Shown in pieces: positions 1 to 10,691 of a DNA stretch of 64,000 nucleotides. The notes under the pieces were generated by a model that saw nothing but the letters and a program-made list of their open reading frames with translations, had not been told where the DNA came from and ran no database searches. Numbering within the stretch: position 1 is the stretch's first letter; the number at the start of each line of letters is the position of its first letter. The stretch covers positions 217,187 through 281,186 of the IMG/VR virus record IMGVR_UViG_3300028886_000035; one strand, given 5' to 3'. This stretch comes from a virus. Its lineage: Duplodnaviria > Caudoviricetes. A program made the position numbers and the translations under genes.

Positions 1-38
1 CATTTACAACAGTTGATGGGCTTTTCTTACAGGGAATA
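1..38 (-). mobile_element. Probable 5' part of a group I intron inserted after the glycyl-radical Gly codon (runs off the window)
   Basis: The frame degrades after RITG(Y) to SL*. Exon GGGU can pair with downstream GCCC, placing U.G at the splice site (P1). Confidence 0.55.
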
Positions 39-275
39 ACCCGTGATACGTCTAATTCTCTCAATTTTTGGTTTATCCTGCACATATTTAATATCAATAT
101 CTGCATTCTTTTCATCTACTTTAGTAATAGTTACTTTTTCAATTACACCATCTTTTTCTTCTTTTTTTTCTTCTGCATAATTCAAAAAGTTTTCTGCGAA
201 CTTTTTATCAATAACTGCTTCATCTTCAAATCCATTAAATACAATTGTCTTGTTATCAATCTCAAATTCTTTCAT
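27..275 (-). CDS. Stand-alone NrdD glycyl-radical domain protein (probably exon 1, 275-39)
   Basis: Ends KIERIRRITGY, the class III RNR radical motif; own SD AAAGGTGA. Confidence 0.8.
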   Translation of the reverse strand: MKEFEIDNKTIVFNGFEDEAVIDKKFAENFLNYAEEKKEEKDGVIEKVTITKVDEKNADIDIKYVQDKPKIERIRRITGYSL

Positions 276-290
276 ATCATATCACCTTTT

Positions 291-671
291 TTATGAATTT
301 AAAGTTTTCTTTAAAGTATTGCTAATTTTTTCTTTAATTTCAGGAGAGGGGTCATTTGCTTTTTTCACATTAAGCAAATCATAATCTTTTTCATACATTT
401 CCGTATATAATTTCTCTAATTTATCTGCTTCATCTTGTGTACTGCAATCTACAATTGGAAGTATATCTAAATCATCAAAATCATATTTACTAATTTGTCT
501 ATCAGGATATGTATAGTCCCCTGAATGATGTTGAATTAGTCTACGATGTAATGTATTCGTAGTTTGTCCAATATAAATTACATTATTTGTATTCTTATCT
601 ACAATTTTATAGATACAGAATTTTTTCTTATATTCTTTTTCCATATATAATTTTCCTTTTTTACGTCTCAT
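291..671 (-). CDS. GIY-YIG homing endonuclease
   Basis: CIYKI...IYIGQT..LHRRL.QH...E motif. Confidence 0.8.
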   Translation of the reverse strand: MRRKKGKLYMEKEYKKKFCIYKIVDKNTNNVIYIGQTTNTLHRRLIQHHSGDYTYPDRQISKYDFDDLDILPIVDCSTQDEADKLEKLYTEMYEKDYDLLNVKKANDPSPEIKEKISNTLKKTLNS

Positions 672-834
672 ATTTCTCGTCTCTGTTTTTAAAATTTATT
701 TATCCATATTTTTAATTACATATAATGAAAACATTATATTAACTAATCCAAAGATAAATGCAATCAAACAATATATAAATGTAACATTCATAATTACATC
801 ACCTATTAATTAAATAGACTTCCGTAATTTTAAT

Positions 835-3800
835 TTACTTATCTGTACAACCACAACCAATATCGCGAATATTTACGTGAATATCTGTATCTTCACGAAT
901 TTCTTTATATCCGCAAATTGGGCAAGTGTCTCCATCAATAACTAATGTATTACCACATGAAGGACATCTGTCTACGGGGTGGTTGACTGCAAAGTAATTC
1001 ATATTCTTATCGTGCATATATCTAATAACAGTTTCAAAAGCATCAAGATTTTTTAATGGGTCTCCATCCATTTCCAAATAGCTAATTACACCCGCATTAC
1101 ACAACTCATGATATGGAGCTTCAATCTCAATTTTCTTTGCAGCTGAAATAGGATAGTAAACTGGAATATGCATACTGTTCGTAAAATATTCTCTATCCGT
1201 TACACCTTTAATAACTCCATATTTCTTTCTTGTATCGCGAAGGAACGCACCAGCAGTTGATTCTGCCGGTGTCGCAAATAAACTAAAGTTTAAATGCGTT
1301 TCTTTCGCGTACTTATCTGTCATTTCACGCATATGTTTAATAATTTCATATCCTAACTTACGCGCTTCTTCTGTTTCTCCATGATGTGAACCAATCAATG
1401 CTACAAGTGCTTCTGCCAATCCACAGAAACCAATTGAAATAGATGCTTGTTTTAATACAGGAGCAATTTCATCTGTCCATTTCAATTGTTCACTTGTATA
1501 CCAAAGATGTTGTCCCATCAAGAATGGGAAATTATATACATGACGATGACCAATGCGTTCAAATCTCCAAAGAAGATTTTCTTTGCAAAGTTTCATGTAT
1601 TTATCCAAAAGTTTATAGAACTTTTTAATATCATGGTTTGCATCCAATGCCAACATAGGAAGATTAATGGTATCGAATGCAAAATTACCTCTTGATGAAG
1701 TAATTGGTTCGCCATTCAAATTCATTTGAGTTTTGGTTCTACAGCCCCAGCGTAGCATTTTCTATATCACTATAGGTTCAGACTATATCACATACCTATA
1801 ATTATAGGCATCTTTTCTTTTCCACTAACTCAAAAAGTGTACTCTACTTCCGTAGATAGTCGTTTAGCTTTTATTATTAATAAATGTGTTTAATTGTTTT
1901 TCTATATGTAGAAACATAAAATTTTTTATTTTTGTAAATAAAATATCCACGTTTTATGATTCCATCTACAGATAAATATGATTTATCATAATAATCTGCA
2001 AATTGTTTTCTTTCATCAAACTCTCTGATAACATTATTTCTATCTTTATCAGAATATATAATTATTGGACACCATGTTGTTTTATAATGATTTTTATGTA
2101 CTTTTCTAAGACCATTCTTAAATGCATGTTTATCATTTTCAGAACGAGTACACCATTCTAAATTGTCATATCTACAATTTAATTTATTTCCATCAATATG
2201 ATTAACAACAAGTGTACTATAATTTATTGGTGGATTACAAAAATAATATGCAACTAATCTATGTATAAAAAATCTTTTATGTGGATTAGATAAACAAACA
2301 CGTCTATATCCACAATTATTTTTGTCTCCGATTAATAATCTTCCATCTTTATTTTTAACTTGTCCAAAATTACTAATTAAATATCTTCCATTATAACCTT
2401 TAATTTCTTTCCATAGTTCTTGCATATTTCACCATTTATAAATAAATTTAGCACTAGATTACCTTAAAAATTTAAGGTTTCCTTGTTTAGAAAAGTTCTT
2501 CGATATACATTTCTGTATAAAGCCACAGGTTTGTTTATGGTTGCAATCTCAGTTCTATAATCATTTGGATTATAATATTGCATATTGTAAGGTGCGTCTT
2601 GATTTTCAAAATTCGCTTAAATAAATTATATTTCTATAATTCGCAGACTATCTCTTTACATCATATTGATGTATATTGCGCTTCCGCATAATTTTATGCG
2701 TACTAGGATTTCTCCTATAGTCGTTACACTTTATTTATTATTTATAATAAATTTTAGCACGGTATTGCCACTATCTATTAAAAATAGATTTAGGTTCTCT
2801 TACGAAGTTGCTTAAAACTTCTACCGTTTTCACAATATGTTTCTTACATTACTGTAAGCCCCAATGTTGTTTAGGGAACAGACGCTTTGCACTTACACGC
2901 ATAGCTAATTTAAATAAATCGTAATTCGGGTCACCAGGGTCATAACTAATACCCTTTTTAAGTCTAAATATAGTTATCATTTATACCGTTACTTTCGTAA
3001 TATTTTAACCATTTCTTAAAGAAATGCGGATTAGACTATCTCTTTACATCATTATGATGTATATTGCACTTCCATATTTTAATAATATGTACTCCGTTCT
3101 CACGGATAGTCGTTACATTTTAATTATTAATGCTAAAGAAATTCCAACCATGATAAGGTTTAAACAGCTTTTTATCCAATCGCAATTTAACACTACCTGG
3201 ACTGAAATTATATATTTTACAAAAATGTACAATTCCATGAATTATCATTAAATCATTATCTGGTGAAATAGCAATAAAATGTTTTGAATATTGTTCTGTG
3301 TTTCTATATTTAATATTTATTTCATTAGATATAAACATACAAGTATCTAAAGAATAAACTTTTTGTGATGGTAATAATCCTTTTTGCTTTATGTCTTTAT
3401 CCAAACATAAAATTCCATCATTGAATTCTTTTTCATTATATCCATCAATTTTGGATAAATCTTCTAAAAAATATTCAAAACAATGCCATCTATTACAAAC
3501 AGTAACACCTAATCCACCATATGAAGAAAAGTCTTTTTTGTTATGAGAATTATAACATCTACTTAACATATTTCTCCATAATGTGCAAGCGCGTTTATTC
3601 ATTTTTGATGTTGCATTTCCCATATATCCAATCCCATATAATGTTGGATAGAATAAATCTTTAATACAACCTTGATTCAATGCTTGCTTCAAAACAGTTC
3701 GTTTGCTATGTGTTCTTAGAAATTCAATTTCATAATAATGATTACCATTTTTTATATAATCATAATTAATTTTATATTCTAATCCTGTATTCGTTTTAAA

Positions 3801-6590
3801 TATTTTATTCATTTTCTCACCTCCATTATATTTTATTTTAGCATTAATAAGTCTTAACACGGTATTACCACTATCCATTTAGGATTTAGGTTCTCTTACG
3901 AAGTCGATTAAAACTTCTACCGTTTTCACAATATGTTTCTTACTGATTAAAGTAAGCCCCATTTATCTAGGGAAGATGCTCGTCTCGCCATGTCCTAATC
4001 CTGCTTCTTGTGCAAGCAGTAAATGCTTCATAGCTAAACGTCCTTCTTCAGACGTATCTAACCCAAAATTTAAGGAACTAAATGGCACTTGAGAGCCAGC
4101 TCTCGAATTATGAACAAAAATACAATTAGATGTTAAGAAAGTCTCATTGTCTGCAACAGACATATCATAAACATATTCTTCTTCACTATTACTTTCCGTT
4201 ACTTTTTCAATAAATAATGGATATATATGTGAAGCAGGAATGAATTTATTATCATCAATTGCTTTTGTGTCAATAATTTCTTTTTTTACACGATTAAATT
4301 TTGGTTTCCTACCATCAATATTACGACTTAATAAATTCTTCAAAAAATCAAAATCATAATAAATATATTCTGCTCGTACATTATTTTGATTTAAATCTTT
4401 CAAATTCAAACGATTTGCAGTATTAGAATTAAAACTAATATCATATCCATTATATGTTCCATAAGACGTTTTCCTGTTATATGTATTGTGAATATGAGAC
4501 ATTTCATTCATTGACAAAATCATTAATTGAATTTGAGAACGTAACGTTTCTGAAACAGTTGTAGCCCCAATATATGTTGGTTTTATACTACCATCACATT
4601 TAAAATACCCTTCCAAAAATGCAGATTGAACTTCTTTTGTTCCAAACATAATTTGCATTGGAATTTTTTTCTCATGTGCATTTCTACCGAAATAATATTT
4701 AAATGCGTCCGACCAAACTTTACCAACATTAAATCTTATATCCTTTGGTTTACCATTAGGCATAGAATATTTATTATATGTTACTTTTTCATTATAGCAT
4801 TCTTTCATTAATGATAACAATTCTTGTTCTTTAGTTTCATCACAAGTGGTAAAGCATAATTGACTATCACCAACAATAGAACCTTCTGCAACATAATACC
4901 CTGCCAATTTACCAAAAGAAGGATTTACTACAATATGATTTTCTGTATAATTTTGTTTTGTACGTGAATGGAATTTATCTAAACTAATATCATTTTTCAC
5001 ATTAAAAACAAAATTTCTTGGCATTAATACATTTGGTACACTTTCAGGATAATCTTCAGCAATTTTACCTGCGTTATTAAGATACATTACTTTATGATTG
5101 TCTGTTGTCGTAACTGATGCTCCTGATGTTGTATGAATTGTAATCAATCTACGATGATTATTTTTTCTTTCAATATCAGTAATATCTTTTAATTCTGCTA
5201 CACCTGTATTTTGATTTAATGAAATAGCCTGATAACGACCTTTTTCATAAATCTCATGTAGTTTACCAATTTGCATTACTTTTAATTCTTCTTCTTGTTT
5301 ATCATAAACAAAAATTGTTGAAGAATATGGTAAACAATGCATCGAATTTAGATTGAAAATAACGCTTTCCATAGCTTGATGTGTTTCTTCTTCTACACGC
5401 TTACAAGCCAGCTTATAAGCATTTTTAAATAGCTTATTTAATTCTTTATCATCTGTTAGTTTATCAATGTTTTTATCATTTTTATACGTTGGATATTCGT
5501 TCTGTTTTTGTTTCAAAATCTCGTCTACAGTATCTTCTGATACATCAGAAACCATAGCAAGGTTTTTAGCACATTCCTCAAATTCTTTCTTAAAAGAACG
5601 TCTTACACCTTCTGCCATAGCTCTATCAAAGTCCTGAATTGATTGTCCACCAAACATGTTATTCTGCGAAGATTGCAACACGATGCAAGCTAAACTTGCA
5701 GCAGAACGAATACTTTGCGGTTCTCTAATATATGAGCTACCAATTTTAAAACCGTCTTTAAATGTCTTTTGTAAATCCACCTGGAGGCAGTTGAATGTTA
5801 GCTCTGAAAAATCCTTGTCCTCTCACAGTAGACAGTTGTCTATTGCAGATTGACTATATCATCTAAGATAGGCACTTCCACATATTTTTAACATATATGT
5901 ACTCCATAAATGGATAGTCGATTAACTTAATTTACAAAAAATGTAAATGTTAGCACAGGATTCTACTTATATAAAGTCATTCCCTGTTAGCACAATTTCT
6001 AAATGTCATTTCCTACATTTCCTATACGTAAATTGTACACCTGATATTTTATCAGTTCACCTATTTTTTTATCCACAATAAGATTCATGGATATGAATAT
6101 ATCCTGCTCTATGAGCATCAATATATCTCTTCGGAATAATGTAATTATCATTAAAGAAATTACTTACTGTTGTCCCATAAATTAACATTGAACCCATTGG
6201 TTCATCTGATTGAATATTAGCATTACTACGTTTGTAATCTGATTCTTCACCAGATTGAAATGTAATATCCATCATTTTTTTCATAAGTTCTTCATGTGTA
6301 TCACGAATTTTTGCGTGTTCCGAACGATAAATAATATACGATTTAGCAGTATGTTCCCAATTTGACTTCATGAGAACATTTTCCACTTCGTCTTGAATAC
6401 TTTCTACTGAAGGTGCTTTTACATCTTCAAATTTTTCTTCAATCTGACTTACCATCCCCCAAATAATCGAATTATTCATTCTCTTATCTTTGGAATCATT
6501 GTTAGCTTTCTTAATCGCATTAAATATCTTATGCGAATCGTAGTCAACAACTTTTCCATTACGTTTTCTTACTTTTTGCAAGTGATTCAC
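835..6590 (-). CDS. nrdD: Anaerobic ribonucleoside-triphosphate reductase. Exons 6590-6087, 5819-3969, 2977-2873, 2613-2537, 1747-835; about 739 aa after intron and intein removal
   Basis: ATP cone. Joined exons restore IHIH|DKDF..NC, NSMH|SRAGSQVPFSS, IFP|ITIF, RLFP|NF and ATM|GCRT. ATPAES, YFTNS and two CxxC motifs present. Confidence 0.95.
1748..2536 (-). mobile_element. Group I intron 4 of nrdD (carries HNH ORF)
   Basis: Splits ATG as AT|G; ends in G; ACGACTA/ATAGTC P7-type motifs. Confidence 0.9.
1877..2425 (-). CDS. Intron-encoded NUMOD4-HNH endonuclease
   Basis: WKEIKGY..YLISNFG, HRLVA, VNHIDGNKLN...NLEW...N. Confidence 0.9.
   Translation of the reverse strand: MQELWKEIKGYNGRYLISNFGQVKNKDGRLLIGDKNNCGYRRVCLSNPHKRFFIHRLVAYYFCNPPINYSTLVVNHIDGNKLNCRYDNLEWCTRSENDKHAFKNGLRKVHKNHYKTTWCPIIIYSDKDRNNVIREFDERKQFADYYDKSYLSVDGIIKRGYFIYKNKKFYVSTYRKTIKHIY
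2614..2872 (-). mobile_element. Group I intron 3 of nrdD (ORF-less, paralog of intron 2)
   Basis: Inserted after TTCCCT; ends in G before AAT TTT; core nearly identical to intron 2. Confidence 0.9.
2978..3968 (-). mobile_element. Group I intron 2 of nrdD (carries endonuclease ORF)
   Basis: Inserted after TTCCCT; ends in G before ATA ACT; CCCU/GGGG P1 and GACTA/TAGTC P7. Confidence 0.9.
3120..3812 (-). CDS. Intron-encoded HNH-like (His-Me finger) homing endonuclease
   Basis: WRNMLSRCY..YGG.GVTVC.RW..F..F..D, LDKD, VYS.DTC; SD GGAGGTG before MNKIF. Confidence 0.75.
   Translation of the reverse strand: MNKIFKTNTGLEYKINYDYIKNGNHYYEIEFLRTHSKRTVLKQALNQGCIKDLFYPTLYGIGYMGNATSKMNKRACTLWRNMLSRCYNSHNKKDFSSYGGLGVTVCNRWHCFEYFLEDLSKIDGYNEKEFNDGILCLDKDIKQKGLLPSQKVYSLDTCMFISNEINIKYRNTEQYSKHFIAISPDNDLMIIHGIVHFCKIYNFSPGSVKLRLDKKLFKPYHGWNFFSINN
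4107..5336 (-). mobile_element. Intein (410 aa) with LAGLIDADG endonuclease in NrdD
   Basis: Starts CLPYS, block B TTDNH, LAGYYVAEG and FLEGYFKCDG, ends VHN followed by S. Confidence 0.95.
5820..6086 (-). mobile_element. Group I intron 1 of nrdD (ORF-less)
   Basis: Interrupts CAT|GAC (IHIH|D); terminal G; AATCCTGTGCTAA and GACTA/TAGTC motifs. Confidence 0.9.
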
Positions 6591-6625
6591 TCCTTTTGAC
6601 TTGATAGAAATATTATATCATCATT

Positions 6626-6641
6626 ACACAATTTATTGTAG
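6626..6641. promoter_or_regulatory. Possible NrdR box overlapping the nrdD promoter
   Basis: ACACAATTTATTGTAG is an imperfect match to the NrdR palindrome; it lies next to a minus-strand TATAAT at 6612-6617. Confidence 0.3.
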
Positions 6642-6930
6642 TGATTTTACATTAAAAATTCAACTTTATTTTGCGAAATGTTTCATTTTCAATAAAAAAA
6701 TAAGCTAAAATTTCATAAAAATTTCAACTTTTATATTCTTAGAAACACATGAATAATGTTTGTTTGTGATTCAATCACTAAATTTTTTATATATATTAAA
6801 CGATTATGTTTAACTTATTTATTAATTAGAGATAAAAATGAATAAGGGGTATATTAGTAGATTTTTATAATCGTACAAATGAGCCACAAGACTTAGTTCG
6901 CGTTGCAAAAAAAACATCTAATAAAAAATT

Positions 6931-6964
6931 AAAAAGAAGTAGAGAATATTCTCTACTTCTTTTT
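6931..6964. terminator. Intrinsic terminator
   Basis: AGAAGTAGAGAA/TTCTCTACTTCT palindrome with A/T tails. Confidence 0.75.
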
Positions 6965-7478
6965 ATTGAATTATATCTAATTGAATTTGTTTATGTGAAT
7001 GAATATACCTAATCGTTTTATTTAATGTTTCAATTCTATTATTAAATTTTTCATCGTATACATCAAGCTCTTTTTTAATTTGTGATTTTTGTTCTTCTGT
7101 CATATCGTCCGTATAAACGTCTTTACTTTTTTCAATAAATTCATTATACTTACCTTTTGTAACTAAAGCCAAATCAGATAATTCTTTTTCTGCTTCTTGT
7201 GAATCAATATTTCCATCATTTAAATTTGAGATAGTATAATTGTACATATCCTTATAAACTTTATTCATAAAATTGTCACAATCTTTAATAAGAATATGTG
7301 TTTTATCTAATGATTGTGCATCTTTATCCAATTGTTCTTTTTGTTCTTGTAATTCTTGTCTTGTTTGAATAATTTCCTCTTGTTGTTTATTTACCTTTTG
7401 ATTAATTCCAAAAAACACAATACACAAAATCACGAATACACAAACCGCAACAAAATTAATAAATCTTTTTTTGTTCAT
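6963..7478 (-). CDS. Membrane-anchored coiled-coil protein
   Basis: N-terminal TM helix followed by Q/E/K heptads. Confidence 0.6.
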   Translation of the reverse strand: MNKKRFINFVAVCVFVILCIVFFGINQKVNKQQEEIIQTRQELQEQKEQLDKDAQSLDKTHILIKDCDNFMNKVYKDMYNYTISNLNDGNIDSQEAEKELSDLALVTKGKYNEFIEKSKDVYTDDMTEEQKSQIKKELDVYDEKFNNRIETLNKTIRYIHSHKQIQLDIIQ

Positions 7479-7582
7479 ATAAACTACCTCATTTCTTTAA
7501 TTATATTATACCATATTTTACGTTCTAAATCAACCACAATTATTTATTATATTGGTAGATATAAAAAAAGGAGTAGATATAA

Positions 7583-9361
7583 TTGAAACGATTAATTGCG
7601 AATAATGACTTGATTATTAATATAATTAAAAAATATTTTCCTGATTTTGTTAAGAATGATTATTCAGAAAGTGATATGTATAAAAATATTAATAAAATCA
7701 TATCTGATAATCATATACAAAATATTTCATCATTCATAAATACAATGAAAAATTATTTTGAACAATGTTTAAAAAATGGATATTGTGATAGTGATATATA
7801 CAATTTTATAGAAGAATTAGCAGAAGATAACAACATCAATTATAATTTATTCATACAAAAAGTAAAAGAATGCGGTAATGATTATTCCACATTTACAGAA
7901 GATTGTTGTTTTTCTTTTACCAATTATTTACTTGATAATAATATATTATTTAATGATGTTGGAGAAAGTGAATCATATGATATAGCTTATTGTATAGTAT
8001 CAGAATTTTTTAAAAATTCTTCAAAATATCAAACTATATTTAAACCATTATTTAATGAATGTGAAAATCGTATAAAAAATAAAAACAAATTTTCAGATGC
8101 CTATGAAGAATTATCACAAGTAAAAGATAACATAGGCGATACAATAAAAACTATACAATCTTATGATAATTCTTCTTCAAGATTTGTTATTCTTAATAAT
8201 AATTATTTACAAGATAATTGTGATGACCACATGGAATTATTTGAAAAAATCGCTAACAATTTAGGTTATGATAATTTTCAAGAATTTTGTGAACAAAATC
8301 CAAATGCACAATTTATAACAGGTAAAATAGAAAATGGGATTGCTATTATTGAAACATCTAGCGGAAAAATTAATGCTAATGCGAATATAAATAATGTTAT
8401 AAATATACTAAAGAAAAACGGAGCAAAAAAAGTATATACAAATACAAATAAAGGTAGGGATAATGAATTTATGCGAGTAGCGAAAAGATTAATCAAATTA
8501 GCTAATGAAGATAATCTATATCTAAAAATGAAAAACTTTATTAACTCATGTATGAAATCAAATAAAGGCACAGAATATATACAAGAGTTGATTAAATCCA
8601 TGTATAATGCTAACGAAGAAATTACATTATCAAACGCCAAACAATTCATACAAGAATATGAACCGATGATTGCAGAAGATATATGCGAAAATGAAATATC
8701 ACAATATATAGAAAAAAATAATTTACAGGATGTAGAAGATGATGTATACAACACATTCAATACTCATGCTTTAGATAATATTACAGAACAAGAATTTAAT
8801 AAAGTATATGATAGCATTAAATCAAATGGGCAAGAATGTTACAAAGAATTATCGAATAAAAAAGATAATATTGGTGATAAAGTAACCACATCCAATAGTT
8901 ATGATAATGCATTAACACGTTTTGTTTATTTAAATGGACATTTAAAAGTAAAACAAAGTAGCGACCACGGAGAATTATTTGATGATATAGCCAAGGAATG
9001 TGGATATTCAAGTTCATGGGAATATTCACAAGACCCTAAAAATGAAAATGCTACGTTTTGTTCAGGTAAAATAGAAAATAATATAGCAGTAATTGAAGTA
9101 ACAGAAAATACTAAAAATCTAAATGAAATAATTTCTGCATTAAAAAAATACGGTGTAAAAAAAGTATATACAAATGATAATAAAATGGGTCACGAAACAA
9201 ATTTTGAAAGAGTGGCAAAATTTCAAAAAATTACGAAAAGATTAATTTTATCTTCAGAAAAATATTTATATAATCAAGAAGATGTAGAAGAATTGGTTAA
9301 TTTTTATAAAGAACAGATTTCGAAGCAGAAAAAAAGCATGAAATGTTATACGATATTGTAG
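7583..9361 (+). CDS. Repeat-module protein (two modules), MKRLIA N-terminus; possible head-packaged protein
   Basis: Internal repeat YxELS..KD.IGD..YDN...RFV...DH.ELF...KKVYTN...RVAK. Confidence 0.7.
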   Translation: MKRLIANNDLIINIIKKYFPDFVKNDYSESDMYKNINKIISDNHIQNISSFINTMKNYFEQCLKNGYCDSDIYNFIEELAEDNNINYNLFIQKVKECGNDYSTFTEDCCFSFTNYLLDNNILFNDVGESESYDIAYCIVSEFFKNSSKYQTIFKPLFNECENRIKNKNKFSDAYEELSQVKDNIGDTIKTIQSYDNSSSRFVILNNNYLQDNCDDHMELFEKIANNLGYDNFQEFCEQNPNAQFITGKIENGIAIIETSSGKINANANINNVINILKKNGAKKVYTNTNKGRDNEFMRVAKRLIKLANEDNLYLKMKNFINSCMKSNKGTEYIQELIKSMYNANEEITLSNAKQFIQEYEPMIAEDICENEISQYIEKNNLQDVEDDVYNTFNTHALDNITEQEFNKVYDSIKSNGQECYKELSNKKDNIGDKVTTSNSYDNALTRFVYLNGHLKVKQSSDHGELFDDIAKECGYSSSWEYSQDPKNENATFCSGKIENNIAVIEVTENTKNLNEIISALKKYGVKKVYTNDNKMGHETNFERVAKFQKITKRLILSSEKYLYNQEDVEELVNFYKEQISKQKKSMKCYTIL

Positions 9362-10068
9362 ATGAATACTATAATTTATCAAACATTAAAAATAAAATAC
9401 CAACAAAACAACAATTACAATCTTTTATAAAAAATAATTATATTCCTACAGATTCGCTTTCAGATTTTTTGTATAATATTTGTGATAGATTTATATATAA
9501 AAATGAAAATCTATGTTCAGATTTAGATTATTATAAAGAATTTGAAGATGAAAATGAATTTGATAAAATAGAAACTGAAATGATAATTGAAACAAAAAAT
9601 GTATTATTAAAACATATCATTGATGCATTTACGAATGAAGAAATAAAATCTTGTTGTAACGAACATATTGGAGATAGTTATCAACAATTATATAAACGTA
9701 ATGATAAGGTTGGGGATACTATAACACTAAACGATGGATACGATAATATAGATAATCGTTTTGTATATTTAGATGGAGAATATTTAGAAGGAGAAACATC
9801 AGACCATATAGAATTATTTGAAAAATTATCAAAAAAAATGGGATATGATAACTTTCAAGAATTCTGTGAACAAAATCCTGATGCTAAATTTATTACAGGG
9901 AAAACAAAAAACGAAATTGCTATTGTAGAAACATCTAGTGGGAAAGTTAATGCAAATGCAAATATTAATGATGTTATATCTGTTTTAAAGAAAAATGGCA
10001 TAAAAAAAATATATACAAATGATAATATTGGAAACGATAATGAATTTATACGAGTAGCAAAAAACTAA
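9343..10068 (+). CDS. Third copy of the same module; probably a frameshifted continuation of 7583-9361
   Basis: GYDNFQEFCEQNP.A.FITGK...ETSSGK.NANANIN nearly identical to module 1. Confidence 0.7.
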   Translation: MLYDIVDEYYNLSNIKNKIPTKQQLQSFIKNNYIPTDSLSDFLYNICDRFIYKNENLCSDLDYYKEFEDENEFDKIETEMIIETKNVLLKHIIDAFTNEEIKSCCNEHIGDSYQQLYKRNDKVGDTITLNDGYDNIDNRFVYLDGEYLEGETSDHIELFEKLSKKMGYDNFQEFCEQNPDAKFITGKTKNEIAIVETSSGKVNANANINDVISVLKKNGIKKIYTNDNIGNDNEFIRVAKN

Positions 10069-10076
10069 TTAAACAT

Positions 10077-10103
10077 AAAAAGAGTGGATATACCCACTCT
10101 TTT
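10077..10103. terminator. Bidirectional terminator
   Basis: AAAAGAGTGG/CCACTCTTTT hairpin between convergent genes. Confidence 0.75.
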
Positions 10104-10302
10104 AATTATCAAAATAATTATTATAGTAATGCGGTTTTTGCACTCTGCCAATTACCAATATTCCTTTATCAAAAGGTTTTAATTCCACATCTAAATTAAC
10201 ATCTTGCATATGTTCAATTTCTTTTCTCATTTCATCTAACTTATCCGCAGATTCAAAATATAAAATTTGATAAATTTTTTGCATTAAGTATAACACTCCC
10301 AA
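10102..10302 (-). CDS. Hypothetical protein
   Basis: ORF; true start may be MQKIY. Confidence 0.5.
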   Translation of the reverse strand: MGVLYLMQKIYQILYFESADKLDEMRKEIEHMQDVNLDVELKPFDKGILVIGRVQKPHYYNNYFDN

Positions 10303-10409
10303 TTTCTTCTTTAACCAAATTATTTACTATCCATTCTTTTACTTGTTTTTCTACATGTATCAATAAACGTATTATTTGTTTTTATTTACTCCTTTTATAT
10401 ATGCACAAT

Positions 10410-10667
10410 TTACAAGTGCATTTTTGGGAATACATAATCAACTGCTTGTTTTAATGTTTCCATATCATATGACCCACGTTTAATCTGTGTATGGAAAATT
10501 TTTTTACCTTCATCAAAGATTTGAAACGTTAATTCTCTTGTCAAACGAACTGCATATTCTTTTTTGTTAGTATTTACATAAGCAATAATTGAAACTGTTT
10601 GTTTATCTTTTGGTAATTTTAATTCATACATTTTAATATCCTCACAGGCAGAAGTCTCCCACCTCAT
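10410..10667 (-). CDS. Hypothetical protein (5' end overlapped by IS hairpin)
   Basis: ORF; likely start MYELK at 10631. Confidence 0.5.
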   Translation of the reverse strand: MRWETSACEDIKMYELKLPKDKQTVSIIAYVNTNKKEYAVRLTRELTFQIFDEGKKIFHTQIKRGSYDMETLKQAVDYVFPKMHL

Positions 10668-10686
10668 AGGTGGGGGGGTAGTTGAC
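10631..10686 (+). mobile_element. Solo IS200/IS605-type end hairpin
   Basis: TTTTAATAT-CCTCACAGGCAGAAGTCTCCCACCT..AGGTGGG..TAGTTGAC; homologous to 11054-11122. Confidence 0.65.
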
Positions 10687-10691
10687 CCAAA

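Noticed and set aside
835-6590. nrdD as a fragmented pseudogene
   Set aside because: All breaks have U|...G group I boundaries that restore the frame and conserved motifs.
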